The notes under the pieces were generated by a model. It saw only the letters and a program-made list of their open reading frames with translations. It did not search any database and was not told the DNA's origin. This document shows, one piece after another, positions 56,167 through 64,000 of a DNA stretch of 64,000 nucleotides. This DNA is from Candidatus Calditenuaceae archaeon HR02 (GTDB lineage: Archaea > Thermoproteota > Nitrososphaeria_A > Caldarchaeales > Calditenuaceae). The stretch lies in the NCBI GenBank assembly GCA_002898395.1, contig BEHE01000003.1, positions 1-64,000 of the forward strand, given 5' to 3'. Numbering within the stretch: the stretch's first letter is position 1; each line of letters begins with the position of its first letter. Position numbers and translations under genes: made by a program.

Positions 56167-57165
56167 GTGAATCCCTTGAGTGATGGATTGGCTCTGCAGG
56201 AGACCATACCGTGGATTGAGAAGTATCGCCCTCGAAGCCTCTCCGAGATAATCAACCAAGAAGCAATCGTGAACAGCCTCAAGACGATACTGTCCACACA
56301 CTCCGTTCCACATATGCTGTTTACTGGGCCGCCCGGCGTCGGGAAAACCGCCACAGCCCATGCCTTTGCCATCGACCTTTATGGCGGAAGATACGTTGAA
56401 GATGGACACTTCCTGGAAATTAACGCGAGCGATGAGAGAGGTATAGACGTCATAAGGGATAAGGTTAAGGGGTTCGCCAGAACCATACCTATAGGAGGAA
56501 TAGGGTTCAAGATCCTACTACTAGACGAGGCGGACCAGCTCACAGCTGACGCCCAGCACGCCTTTAGAAGGGTCATGGAGCAGTTCTCAGCAACTTGCAG
56601 ATTCATCCTAGCAGCAAACTACGCCAACAGGATAATCGAGCCTATACAGTCGAGGTGTGCAGTCTTTAGGTTCAAGCCGATAGAGCTGGAGCACATGAGG
56701 ATTGCTGTACAAAGGATAGCCTCCAAAGAGGGCCTAGAAGTTACGGGCAGGGCAGTTGAGGCCCTATACGAGGTCACGGAGGGCGACCTGAGAAGGTGCA
56801 TCAACCTACTCCAAACAGCGTCAACCTACAGCAAGAGAATAGATGAGAACCTTGTCTTTCAGGTTGCGGGGCTCGCTTGGGGGAGTGAGGTTCGTCGGCT
56901 ACTGGAATTGGCCGCGGCTGGCAAGATAGAGGATGCCAGAAAACAGCTTAAGCTCATACTCTACGTCAACGGGGCCTCGGAGAGGGATCTTATCGGCCAG
57001 ATATACCGCGACCTATTCTACCTCTCAATCCCGGAGAAGAAGAAGCTGGAGCTGATATCGCTGCTAGGTGAGGTTGACTTCCGGGTCTCTCAGGGAGCTA
57101 ACCCCGAGCTGCAGATTATGATGTTCTTGGCGACCCTATACTCTGCATCTCAGGTGGGTAAGTAG
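56167..57165 (+). CDS. rfcS: Replication factor C small subunit
   Basis: WIEKYRP, GPPGVGKT, NASDERG, LDEAD, SRC. Confidence 0.97.
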   Translation: MNPLSDGLALQETIPWIEKYRPRSLSEIINQEAIVNSLKTILSTHSVPHMLFTGPPGVGKTATAHAFAIDLYGGRYVEDGHFLEINASDERGIDVIRDKVKGFARTIPIGGIGFKILLLDEADQLTADAQHAFRRVMEQFSATCRFILAANYANRIIEPIQSRCAVFRFKPIELEHMRIAVQRIASKEGLEVTGRAVEALYEVTEGDLRRCINLLQTASTYSKRIDENLVFQVAGLAWGSEVRRLLELAAAGKIEDARKQLKLILYVNGASERDLIGQIYRDLFYLSIPEKKKLELISLLGEVDFRVSQGANPELQIMMFLATLYSASQVGK

Positions 57166-57169
57166 CCGT

Positions 57170-58483
57170 TTGAGCCTGCCCTGGACCGAAAAGTATAGGC
57201 CGAGGCGCGTCGCCGAGGTGGTGGGCAATGAGGAGGCTAAAAGGCAATTTGAGATGTGGATGAGGGATTGGGAGAAGGGCAATCCCTCCACCAAAGCCGC
57301 CCTACTAGTGGGGCCCCCAGGAACCGGCAAGACGTCTCTCGTGTTGGCCTACGCCTCTGAGCATGGCTACGACGTTGTAGAGATAAACGCGAGCGATGAG
57401 AGGAGCTCTGAAAAGCTGAAGACTATTGTGGGAGAGTCTGCGCGGCAGACCACGCTGAGCGGAACCAGGAGGAGGATTATACTGCTGGATGAAGTTGACG
57501 GGATTGCGGGAAGGGAGGCGGCTGGCGGCATAGCCACACTTTCCTCGATAATAAAGTCTACGCGAACCCCTATCGTCATGGTTGCCAACGACCCCTGGAG
57601 CCCTCGGCTAGCGCCGCTGAGGGAGAGTGCCCTAATGATAAAGTTCAACAAGCTCAGGCAGCGGGAAATAGTCTCTCGCCTGAAGAGGATACTGGAGTCG
57701 GAGGGGGTCCACCTCGACGAGGAAATTCTGGCCGAGATAGCTAGGCGCAGCGAAGGCGACATGAGAAGCGCAATAAACGACGCCCAGGTCCTCATATCAA
57801 CACGCGGCTCAGCCGAGTCACTGCTAGCCACTCTCGGACTTAGGGATAGACAGAAGACATCCTTCGAGGTCTTGGCAGAGATCTTCGGCTCAACCTCGGC
57901 AGCATCAGGCAGAGTATCGGTCCAAGGCTCAGACATGGAGATAGAAGATATCGTGACTTGGGTATGTGACAATATTTTAAACCAAATACATAGCCCGCAG
58001 GCCATTGCCGACGTCTTTAAGCTACTGGCAGATGCTGACCTTCACTACTCGAGGGTAAAGAGGCTTCAGAGGTGGGAGCTTCTGCGCTATGTCGCCCCCC
58101 TACTAGGTGCCGGCCCCGGCGTTGTGAAACACATGTATGGTGAAAAGGGGGTGAGATTTGAGTTCCCCTCAACAATCAGGTTTATGCAGCAGACAAGGGA
58201 GCAGAGGGCTCTAATCCAGTCTGCGCTGGCAAAGGTGGCCGCAAGGACTAAGATGTCGAGAACTAAGGCGGCTAGTGAGATGCTGCCATTCCTAGCGGAG
58301 ATGCTCAGGAGGGGGGAGAAGGGTGTTGCGCGCTATTTCGAACTGTCAGACGAGGAGGTAAAGGCCTTAATCGGGCTAGGCGGCCGGCAGCCATCTGAGG
58401 TCACCCACGCGACAAAGGCCGCGCCGCCGAGGGGGAAGGCTACTCGCCCTCGGCAGACTCGAGGAGCGCGGAGATCTCCCTAA
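57170..58483 (+). CDS. rfcL: Replication factor C large subunit
   Basis: WTEKYRP, GPPGTGKT, NASDER, LDEVD, GDMRSAIND. Confidence 0.95.
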   Translation: MSLPWTEKYRPRRVAEVVGNEEAKRQFEMWMRDWEKGNPSTKAALLVGPPGTGKTSLVLAYASEHGYDVVEINASDERSSEKLKTIVGESARQTTLSGTRRRIILLDEVDGIAGREAAGGIATLSSIIKSTRTPIVMVANDPWSPRLAPLRESALMIKFNKLRQREIVSRLKRILESEGVHLDEEILAEIARRSEGDMRSAINDAQVLISTRGSAESLLATLGLRDRQKTSFEVLAEIFGSTSAASGRVSVQGSDMEIEDIVTWVCDNILNQIHSPQAIADVFKLLADADLHYSRVKRLQRWELLRYVAPLLGAGPGVVKHMYGEKGVRFEFPSTIRFMQQTREQRALIQSALAKVAARTKMSRTKAASEMLPFLAEMLRRGEKGVARYFELSDEEVKALIGLGGRQPSEVTHATKAAPPRGKATRPRQTRGARRSP

Positions 58484-59591
58484 CCATGATCGATGCGGGG
58501 ATGCCGGGCAGTGTTATGAAGCTCTTTCTCCCATGTAACTCACCCTTGCCTATCTTTATCCTAATTAGGCCAAGGTCTTCTAGGCGCTGCATATGTTCCC
58601 AAAACCTCGTGTAGGCCCTTGCCGGGGCTCCAAACTCCTCGCAAACGACCTTGTATGCTTGATAGAGCTCGGTGGAGGAGATATGTGACTTGCCGCTACT
58701 TAGCAGGAGCCGAGCTGCTGCCAGTAGCAGGAGCTTCTCATGCCTAGATACGTATGTGAGAACCTCCCTCTTGATGGAGGGATATATGCTAGCAGCCGCC
58801 TTCCTGACATGCTCTGGGACCACCTTTGTCGCGCCCTCATTCTCCGCGTATTTCCCAGCCCTCCATAGGAGTTCAACAGCATACCTCGCATCACCCCTCT
58901 CCGATGCCATTTCAACGATGAGGCTCTTAGCATCCTCAGTCATTACGCCTGGATAGAAAGCCTCCGAGCACCTATACTCCACAATATCCGCTAGCTGGCT
59001 GTGGTTGTACTCCTCCAAGTAGATCACGCCGGCTTGAAATACTCCTCTCACACTCTCATCCATCTCCTCCAGAATCTCGGCATTCCTGCTGATCGCTATG
59101 ATTGAGATTCTAGCCCCTCTATCAGTCTCCTCTCCCAGACGGAGAAGGGTGTAGACGCCCCTCGGGTCCGAGTGTAGAAAGCCGTCAAACTCGTCCAGCC
59201 CGACGACTGCGAGAATCTTCTTACGCTCCAGAAGATCCACTATCCTCGCTCCAAGCTCCTCAGCGGCGAGTCCGCGCGAAGGAATCGGCGCCCCAAGTGT
59301 CTCGACTATCTTCTTTAGGATGGAGCTAAGTGTTGCGTGTATCCTGCAGTTTATGTGGATGTATTTGGCTTGGCTGCTGGACTCCTCTAGCTTCCGGCCG
59401 AAGAGCTTGCTTAAAGCAGTCTTGCCAGTCCCTACAGCTCCCACTATCAAGACCCTAACCGAGACGGCTGGTCGCCCAGCCATGTAGCTGGAGAAAAAAG
59501 TCTCGAGAAGACCCAGCTCCTTCTCCCTATGAGGAAGTCTCGGCGGTACATACTCGGGCGATAGCTTCTCCTCACTCTTAAAAATCCTCAA
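58440..59591 (-). CDS. cdc6: Orc1/Cdc6 replication initiator
   Basis: YVPPRLPHRE, GTGKT, INC, LDEFD, GDAR, C-terminal wHTH. Confidence 0.95.
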   Translation of the reverse strand: MRIFKSEEKLSPEYVPPRLPHREKELGLLETFFSSYMAGRPAVSVRVLIVGAVGTGKTALSKLFGRKLEESSSQAKYIHINCRIHATLSSILKKIVETLGAPIPSRGLAAEELGARIVDLLERKKILAVVGLDEFDGFLHSDPRGVYTLLRLGEETDRGARISIIAISRNAEILEEMDESVRGVFQAGVIYLEEYNHSQLADIVEYRCSEAFYPGVMTEDAKSLIVEMASERGDARYAVELLWRAGKYAENEGATKVVPEHVRKAAASIYPSIKREVLTYVSRHEKLLLLAAARLLLSSGKSHISSTELYQAYKVVCEEFGAPARAYTRFWEHMQRLEDLGLIRIKIGKGELHGRKSFITLPGIPASIMVREISALLESAEGE

Positions 59592-59659
59592 TCTCCAGCC
59601 AACATGCCTCTCTCAACAGAATATTAAAGTGTTAAAGAGGAACCAGCACGTACAAGGCC

Positions 59660-59953
59660 TTACCTATTTTTCAGGCGCTTTGAGGGAAGCTTCAGAAGGC
59701 TTCCTTGGCCAAGGCCAGGGGGCAGTCCCACGGTGGCCTGCTCGCTGAAGACAACCACGACCACGTCGCCGGCGCTATCAACTATCCTACCTCTCCATGG
59801 ATTGCCATTGTAGTCCTCGTACAGCGCCTCCTCTCCGACGAAGGAGGTGAGCTGGGAGGGCTCTATAGGTGAGGTGGGCGAGGCGAGTATCCTCTCCTCC
59901 TCGTCGAACCCGACCACTATTGCGTCGATCCACTCAACCTCCTCATCAGACAT
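59660..59953 (-). CDS. Acidic protein with L35Ae-like pattern
   Basis: FVG..ALYED.NG..WRGRIV...G..VVVVF...GLP.G.GQGSLL resembles L35Ae; TATA about 30 bp upstream. Confidence 0.6.
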   Translation of the reverse strand: MSDEEVEWIDAIVVGFDEEERILASPTSPIEPSQLTSFVGEEALYEDYNGNPWRGRIVDSAGDVVVVVFSEQATVGLPPGLGQGSLLKLPSKRLKNR

Positions 59954-60045
59954 ACGTGAGAAAAGTCTGCGTCTCCCATTTTTAAATCCTTCCCAGACCG
60001 CCGCCTCATAGATACTGCTATATCCCTCTAATCTGGTTTTTCTGT

Positions 60046-61539
60046 GTGTGCGCGAAGTATTCTCTGGGCTCTGAGTTTAAGTTTGGCTTTTCAACTGTAG
60101 GCGTGCAGCATGAGATGGGTGTCCCGGGCTCTGAGTTCAGCTCCGACTGGGTTGCCTGGCTTCATGACCCGGAGAACATACTAGCTGGGATTGTGAGCGG
60201 CGACGCTCCCGAGGATGGGCCTGGATACTGGAGGCTTTTCAGAGAGGACCATGAAAGAGCGCGGAGCATCGGAATGGATGCGGCTTGGATAACGGTCGAG
60301 TGGGCGAGGATATTCCCAAGGCCGACCTTTGATGTGAAGGTACCTATGGAGAAGGCTGGCAGAGTCATTACCCGGGCCTTAGTTGAGAGGAAGCATTTAG
60401 AGGATCTTGAGAGGATAGCCGACATGCAAGCGCTCAACCACTACAGGGAGATACTCTCTGACTGGAGGAGCAGGGGCGGCCTCGTAATCGCAAATCTCTT
60501 CCACTGGTCCCTACCACTCTGGCTCCACGACCCTATCAAGGTGAGGAAGCTTGGGCCTGACCGGGCGCCATCCGGCTGGATTGATGAGAGGTGCGTCACA
60601 GAGTTCGCCAAGCTCTCAGCATTTCTAGCCCACCACCTAGATGACGTGGTTGACATGTGGTATACGATGAACGAGCCACTTGTCATCGCCAACGCGGGCT
60701 ATCTCCAAGTAAACTCTGGATTCCCACCCGGTTATCTCGACCTAGAGACCTTTATGACTGTCATCAAAAATCTCGAGATGGCGCATGCAGTCGCCTACGA
60801 CGCTGTAAAGAGCTATTCTAAGAAGCCTGTCGGCGTGGTGGAGTCGGTGGCCCACTGAACCCCCTTAACAACCGAAGACCAGGCCGCGGCAGATAGGGGC
60901 TTCGAATTTAACATCGCGATATATGATGCGGCTGTGAGGGGGCTTGTAGGTGGAGAGGTTGTTGACGAGGCTCGAAATAGGATTGACTGGATTGGTCTCA
61001 ACTACTATTCCAGAATGGTTGTTAAGGCTGAGAGTAGGTCGCCCACAGGGTTTAGGATTGTTAGCGGCTATGGCTATGGCTGCCAGCCTAGAGCATACTC
61101 GCTCGATGGGAGGCCAACAAGTGATTTCGGTTGGGAGGTTTACCCAGAGGGTCTCTACCACGTGGCTAAAAGGCTCTACGGCCGCTATCGATTACCAATC
61201 TACGTGACTGAGAATGGGTGTGCGGACTCTGAAGACCGTCTAAGACCAAGGTTCATTGTCTCACACCTTTACCAGATATACCTCGCCAAGAGAGAGGGTG
61301 TGGATTTGCGGGGATACTTTCACTGGAATCTTACCGACAACCTGGAGTGGGCGAAGGGGTATAGCATGAGGTTTGGGCTATTTGAGGTTGACATGTCTTC
61401 TAAGAAAAGATTCGCTAGGCCTAGCGCTTTGGTCTTCAGGGAAATAGCCACCTCCAAGGCGATACCTGAAGAGTTTGAGAACATCACTCATCCCCCGTCG
61501 AGAAGAAATAGATGCCCCGTTCACACAGATATTTGTTAG
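60046..61539 (+). pseudogene. GH1 beta-glycosidase (LacS/BgaS-like) interrupted by a single in-frame TGA at 60856-60858
   Basis: ORFs 60046-60858 and 60934-61539 share a frame; catalytic TMNEP and VTENG and DNLEWAKG are intact. Confidence 0.88.
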
Positions 61540-61547
61540 TATCTTCT

Positions 61548-61907
61548 TTAGGGCTGTTCGCTGGTCCACTCGGACATTAGTCTATCGTACCAAGAGTCTT
61601 CCTCTTCGATCTCCTCATATAGCTTCTCCCTCAGCGCAATCTCTAGGGCCTCTAGGTGATAGCATCTTGCCTTCTGCCTATGTAGGACCCTGAAGTAGAA
61701 GTCGTCACAACTGCAGTATGGCGCCTCTGGGAGGAGCAGATAATCCCTCTCCCTCCCGACCACCACCCACCTAACCCTACCACTCGGCTTGAATACATAT
61801 CGCTTAACCCTCCCGCTTTCCGCCAGGATGCGTGGAGCCTCTATACTATTACCAGAGCTCTCTCGATCTGACACACCAATCGACACTCCCGAGCCTCGAC
61901 CCATCAA
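61548..61907 (-). CDS. SWIM zinc-finger protein
   Basis: CSCDDF...CYH. Start uncertain. Confidence 0.82.
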   Translation of the reverse strand: MMGRGSGVSIGVSDRESSGNSIEAPRILAESGRVKRYVFKPSGRVRWVVVGRERDYLLLPEAPYCSCDDFYFRVLHRQKARCYHLEALEIALREKLYEEIEEEDSWYDRLMSEWTSEQP

Positions 61908-62658
61908 GCATCAGGACACTAGCATCGCTGAGACTGAATAACCCGCTTCTAAGCAGGGGGCTAACACCCCTACCCCCCCTTAGGAGCTGTGAGAGCTCTA
62001 CCCCCTGTAGGGCATTGTTAAAGTGAGGCATGACGAGAAGTGTGACCTGACGCCTACGCCGCGCTGTGAGGGCTCCACCCATCTTACTCGAAAGCACTTT
62101 GACGACCCTGCTTCCAGATGCTTTCATCATCAGGAATACCTTCCGCCTCGAACCCGGCTCACGCGCCAAGCTAATCACAGGGTGTGTATGCCCTATTATT
62201 ATGATCTTGGCGTCTGCTGCCTGGGGTGGAGGCCAGCAGTGGCCGTGAAGCATCCATGCCTCTCCGATCCTTATTCCCCGCCCCGAGACCACTTTAGCCA
62301 TATCGCCGGCAAGGTTCATTATGCCCGCATCATGGTTTCCAGGCGTAATTATGATTTCTCTTACCCTTGCTTTCACGGAGTGTAACAGATCTACCACCTG
62401 TCTAGACTCTCTCCAGCTAACTCCAGCCACCCTGTGCTTCACGTCTCCGAGAAGAACAAGGGCGTCCGCTCTATGATCCTCTAGGAGCTTCAGGAGCCTC
62501 TCGAGTATGTTGGGGAGCTGGTTGGGGAAGTGTATGTCTTCACGAGCAAGCTCCACCTCGTATCCAAGGTGCAAGTCCGAGACAATCAGGTATTTCTTAC
62601 CACCGCTCTCTAAGACAATCGCTGCCTCGTCTCCAGGGAAATTCAGCATCACTGGCAA
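61849..62658 (-). CDS. Calcineurin-like metallophosphoesterase
   Basis: SDLHLG, LGDVKH, GNHD, HGH, GHTHP. Confidence 0.92.
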   Translation of the reverse strand: MPVMLNFPGDEAAIVLESGGKKYLIVSDLHLGYEVELAREDIHFPNQLPNILERLLKLLEDHRADALVLLGDVKHRVAGVSWRESRQVVDLLHSVKARVREIIITPGNHDAGIMNLAGDMAKVVSGRGIRIGEAWMLHGHCWPPPQAADAKIIIIGHTHPVISLAREPGSRRKVFLMMKASGSRVVKVLSSKMGGALTARRRRQVTLLVMPHFNNALQGVELSQLLRGGRGVSPLLRSGLFSLSDASVLMLDGSRLGSVDWCVRSRELW

Positions 62659-62687
62659 GAGAATGATGTATTTGGGGCTGTTTATCC

Positions 62688-63818
62688 TTAGCGCTTCTGT
62701 AGCTCGGCAAGCCTCTCGGGTAGGAAGTCCTTCACAATGAACTCGAGCCCATATCTCGAGAAGGCCTCCAGCTCGGCCTTCCGCTTAATCTTTCCGAAGA
62801 ACTGGACCTCACGCCTCCACGGGTCCACCGTATATCTCGGGTCCTGCTCAAGTTCCCTGAGCCTCTTAAGGTCCTGCTCCGTCAGCCTCATCGCAGGCAG
62901 CCTATACTTTGTGATGTCTGTAGCGTATACTCCTGCCCATACCGCGTCCGGAACATTTATCTCCCTAATATGCGCGGATAGGGCCGACCCGTGGATAAGT
63001 ACGCTAGCTATGTGGACACCGTAAGGATCGGCATCCGTAAATATGTATACTGGCAAATTCAGCTCCTCTCTGAGTCTCCGTATAAGTTTTCTACAGTTCC
63101 TTGGCGACTGTCCCGCCGTGTGAATGAGGAGCGCCTTGAACTTCTTATCAGCCCTCTCCTCAACGAACCTGCTGAACACAGCACCCTTCTCTATCACGAA
63201 GACCTGCTCCGCCCCGCATTTCACGAACTCGGACGTCGTCAATGCCGGCCCGATCGCGTAGCCGTCTGGATGCGTGGACAGGTCAACCCTCTGACCCCTA
63301 AAACCCGGTACCGTGTACTCAATAACTAAGTCGCCGTATATAGAGGCCCTCTCTTCAGGGAAGATATTCATGTCTTCTCTTGGATGGTTGATGAGGCTCT
63401 CCACCTCCATGATTATGTCGTCGCTCTCGTCTTGAGACTCGAAATCTATTCCTTCACCTATTGCGACATAGTATGTATCCCTAAGCGTTGATGTCTTACC
63501 ATTTGTTAAGAGCTGTTTTGCGAATTTAGACACCCAGATGAGCTGGGCGAAGGGTCTCAAATGCCGGATATTTGCTACAGTCCTCTCCGCCTTCTTAGAG
63601 CCCAGAACATATTGGCGTAGACTGTGGTCGTAGACTATGTTCTTGGTGCTTCTCACCGGGAGGTAGAGGGTTGGCCAATCACCCCTATTGAGGGCCTCCA
63701 CAACCTCCTCGCCTATCCTTTTCAGCTTGGCTAAGACCGCCCTTTTCACCTCGTCAGACTTGTAGTGCTGCCCCACTCTACCTTCGGTCCCAGCAGTCTC
63801 GCCACGCTTCTTGGGCAC
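62688..63818 (-). CDS. top6A: DNA topoisomerase VI subunit A
   Basis: LRDTYY (catalytic Tyr), Toprim IEK and DADPYG, KAELEA. Confidence 0.95.
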   Translation of the reverse strand: MPKKRGETAGTEGRVGQHYKSDEVKRAVLAKLKRIGEEVVEALNRGDWPTLYLPVRSTKNIVYDHSLRQYVLGSKKAERTVANIRHLRPFAQLIWVSKFAKQLLTNGKTSTLRDTYYVAIGEGIDFESQDESDDIIMEVESLINHPREDMNIFPEERASIYGDLVIEYTVPGFRGQRVDLSTHPDGYAIGPALTTSEFVKCGAEQVFVIEKGAVFSRFVEERADKKFKALLIHTAGQSPRNCRKLIRRLREELNLPVYIFTDADPYGVHIASVLIHGSALSAHIREINVPDAVWAGVYATDITKYRLPAMRLTEQDLKRLRELEQDPRYTVDPWRREVQFFGKIKRKAELEAFSRYGLEFIVKDFLPERLAELQKR

Positions 63819-63882
63819 GAGTATCTAATGTATAGGGCGCCTAATTAACAAGACTCGAGAAATAGCCTTCTATACACTTAGG

Positions 63883-63911
63883 TGCCTCACACCTGAGATA
63901 GGTGTGAGGCA
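63883..63911 (-). terminator. 12-bp perfect stem-loop overlapping a stop codon
   Basis: TGCCTCACACCT-GAGAT-AGGTGTGAGGCA. Confidence 0.4.
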
Positions 63912-64000
63912 AGCTGGAAAACGATTGAGAGGAATGGTGAGGAATAGACTCCTATCAGGACGCATAGAGCCGCTAGGACTAGGAGTGGGGCAAGCATCGC
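63887..64000 (-). CDS. 3' end of a membrane protein resembling an Mrp/complex I antiporter-like subunit (partial)
   Basis: Manual translation AMLAPLLVLAALCVLIGVYSSPFLSIVFQLASHLSQV*. Confidence 0.55.
   Translation of the reverse strand, partial: AMLAPLLVLAALCVLIGVYSSPFLSIVFQLASHLSQV

Noticed and set aside
57367-58005. Long antisense ORFs (212 aa in rfcL, 187 aa in fusA and similar)
   Set aside because: Shadow frames of well-supported genes; Ser/Pro/Thr-rich with no motifs.
56167-59591. Inteins in RFC or Cdc6
   Set aside because: Protein lengths are canonical and no intein insertions are visible.
59592-60045. Replication origin next to cdc6
   Set aside because: The intergenic gaps are short, and I see no repeated ORB-like boxes with G-strings or an extended AT-rich unwinding element.
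60856-60858. Genome-wide UGA recoding (Trp or Sec)
   Set aside because: Many intact genes (rps8e, srp19, rps26e, porC) terminate at TGA at the expected position, and this site does not correspond to a catalytic Cys.
1-64000. CRISPR array, tRNA or rRNA genes
   Set aside because: No regularly spaced repeats or cloverleaf/T-loop signatures were recognised in intergenic regions by eye. Small or intron-containing RNAs could have been missed.

Overview
Archaeal chromosome segment, most likely a thermophilic TACK-lineage organism (Caldarchaeales/Aigarchaeota-like is my inference from aEF-2, rpS8e, rpS26e, Alba, SRP19, Gar1, RIO1, RFC, Cdc6 and Top6A). It is gene-dense, about 60 CDS, mostly housekeeping and metabolism: POR plus ADP-forming acetyl-CoA synthetase, FumC, PyrD, NAPRT, AsnA, CoxG/D/E-MoeA and two ABC-2 exporters. 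Accessory or decaying patches lie at 1-1020 (DNA-methyltransferase pseudogene and Zn-finger ORFs), 19.8-21.8 kb (gene debris upstream of fusA) and 33-36 kb (Met-rich putative copper module with a membrane-tethered regulator). The most notable locus is a two-subunit heme-copper oxidase (8025-10177): the CuB His and the cross-linked Tyr are both Asp, and subunit II lacks the CuA cysteines, which fits a gNOR-type nitric oxide reductase in an archaeon. Other oddities are a PRPP synthetase lacking two catalytic residues, an acidic L35Ae-like protein, a GH1 glycosidase broken by one in-frame TGA, an Fe-S-less glutamate-synthase-like flavoprotein next to AsnA, and top6A without adjacent top6B. I recognised no rRNA, tRNA or CRISPR array. 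All calls come from reading motifs by eye; no database searches were run.
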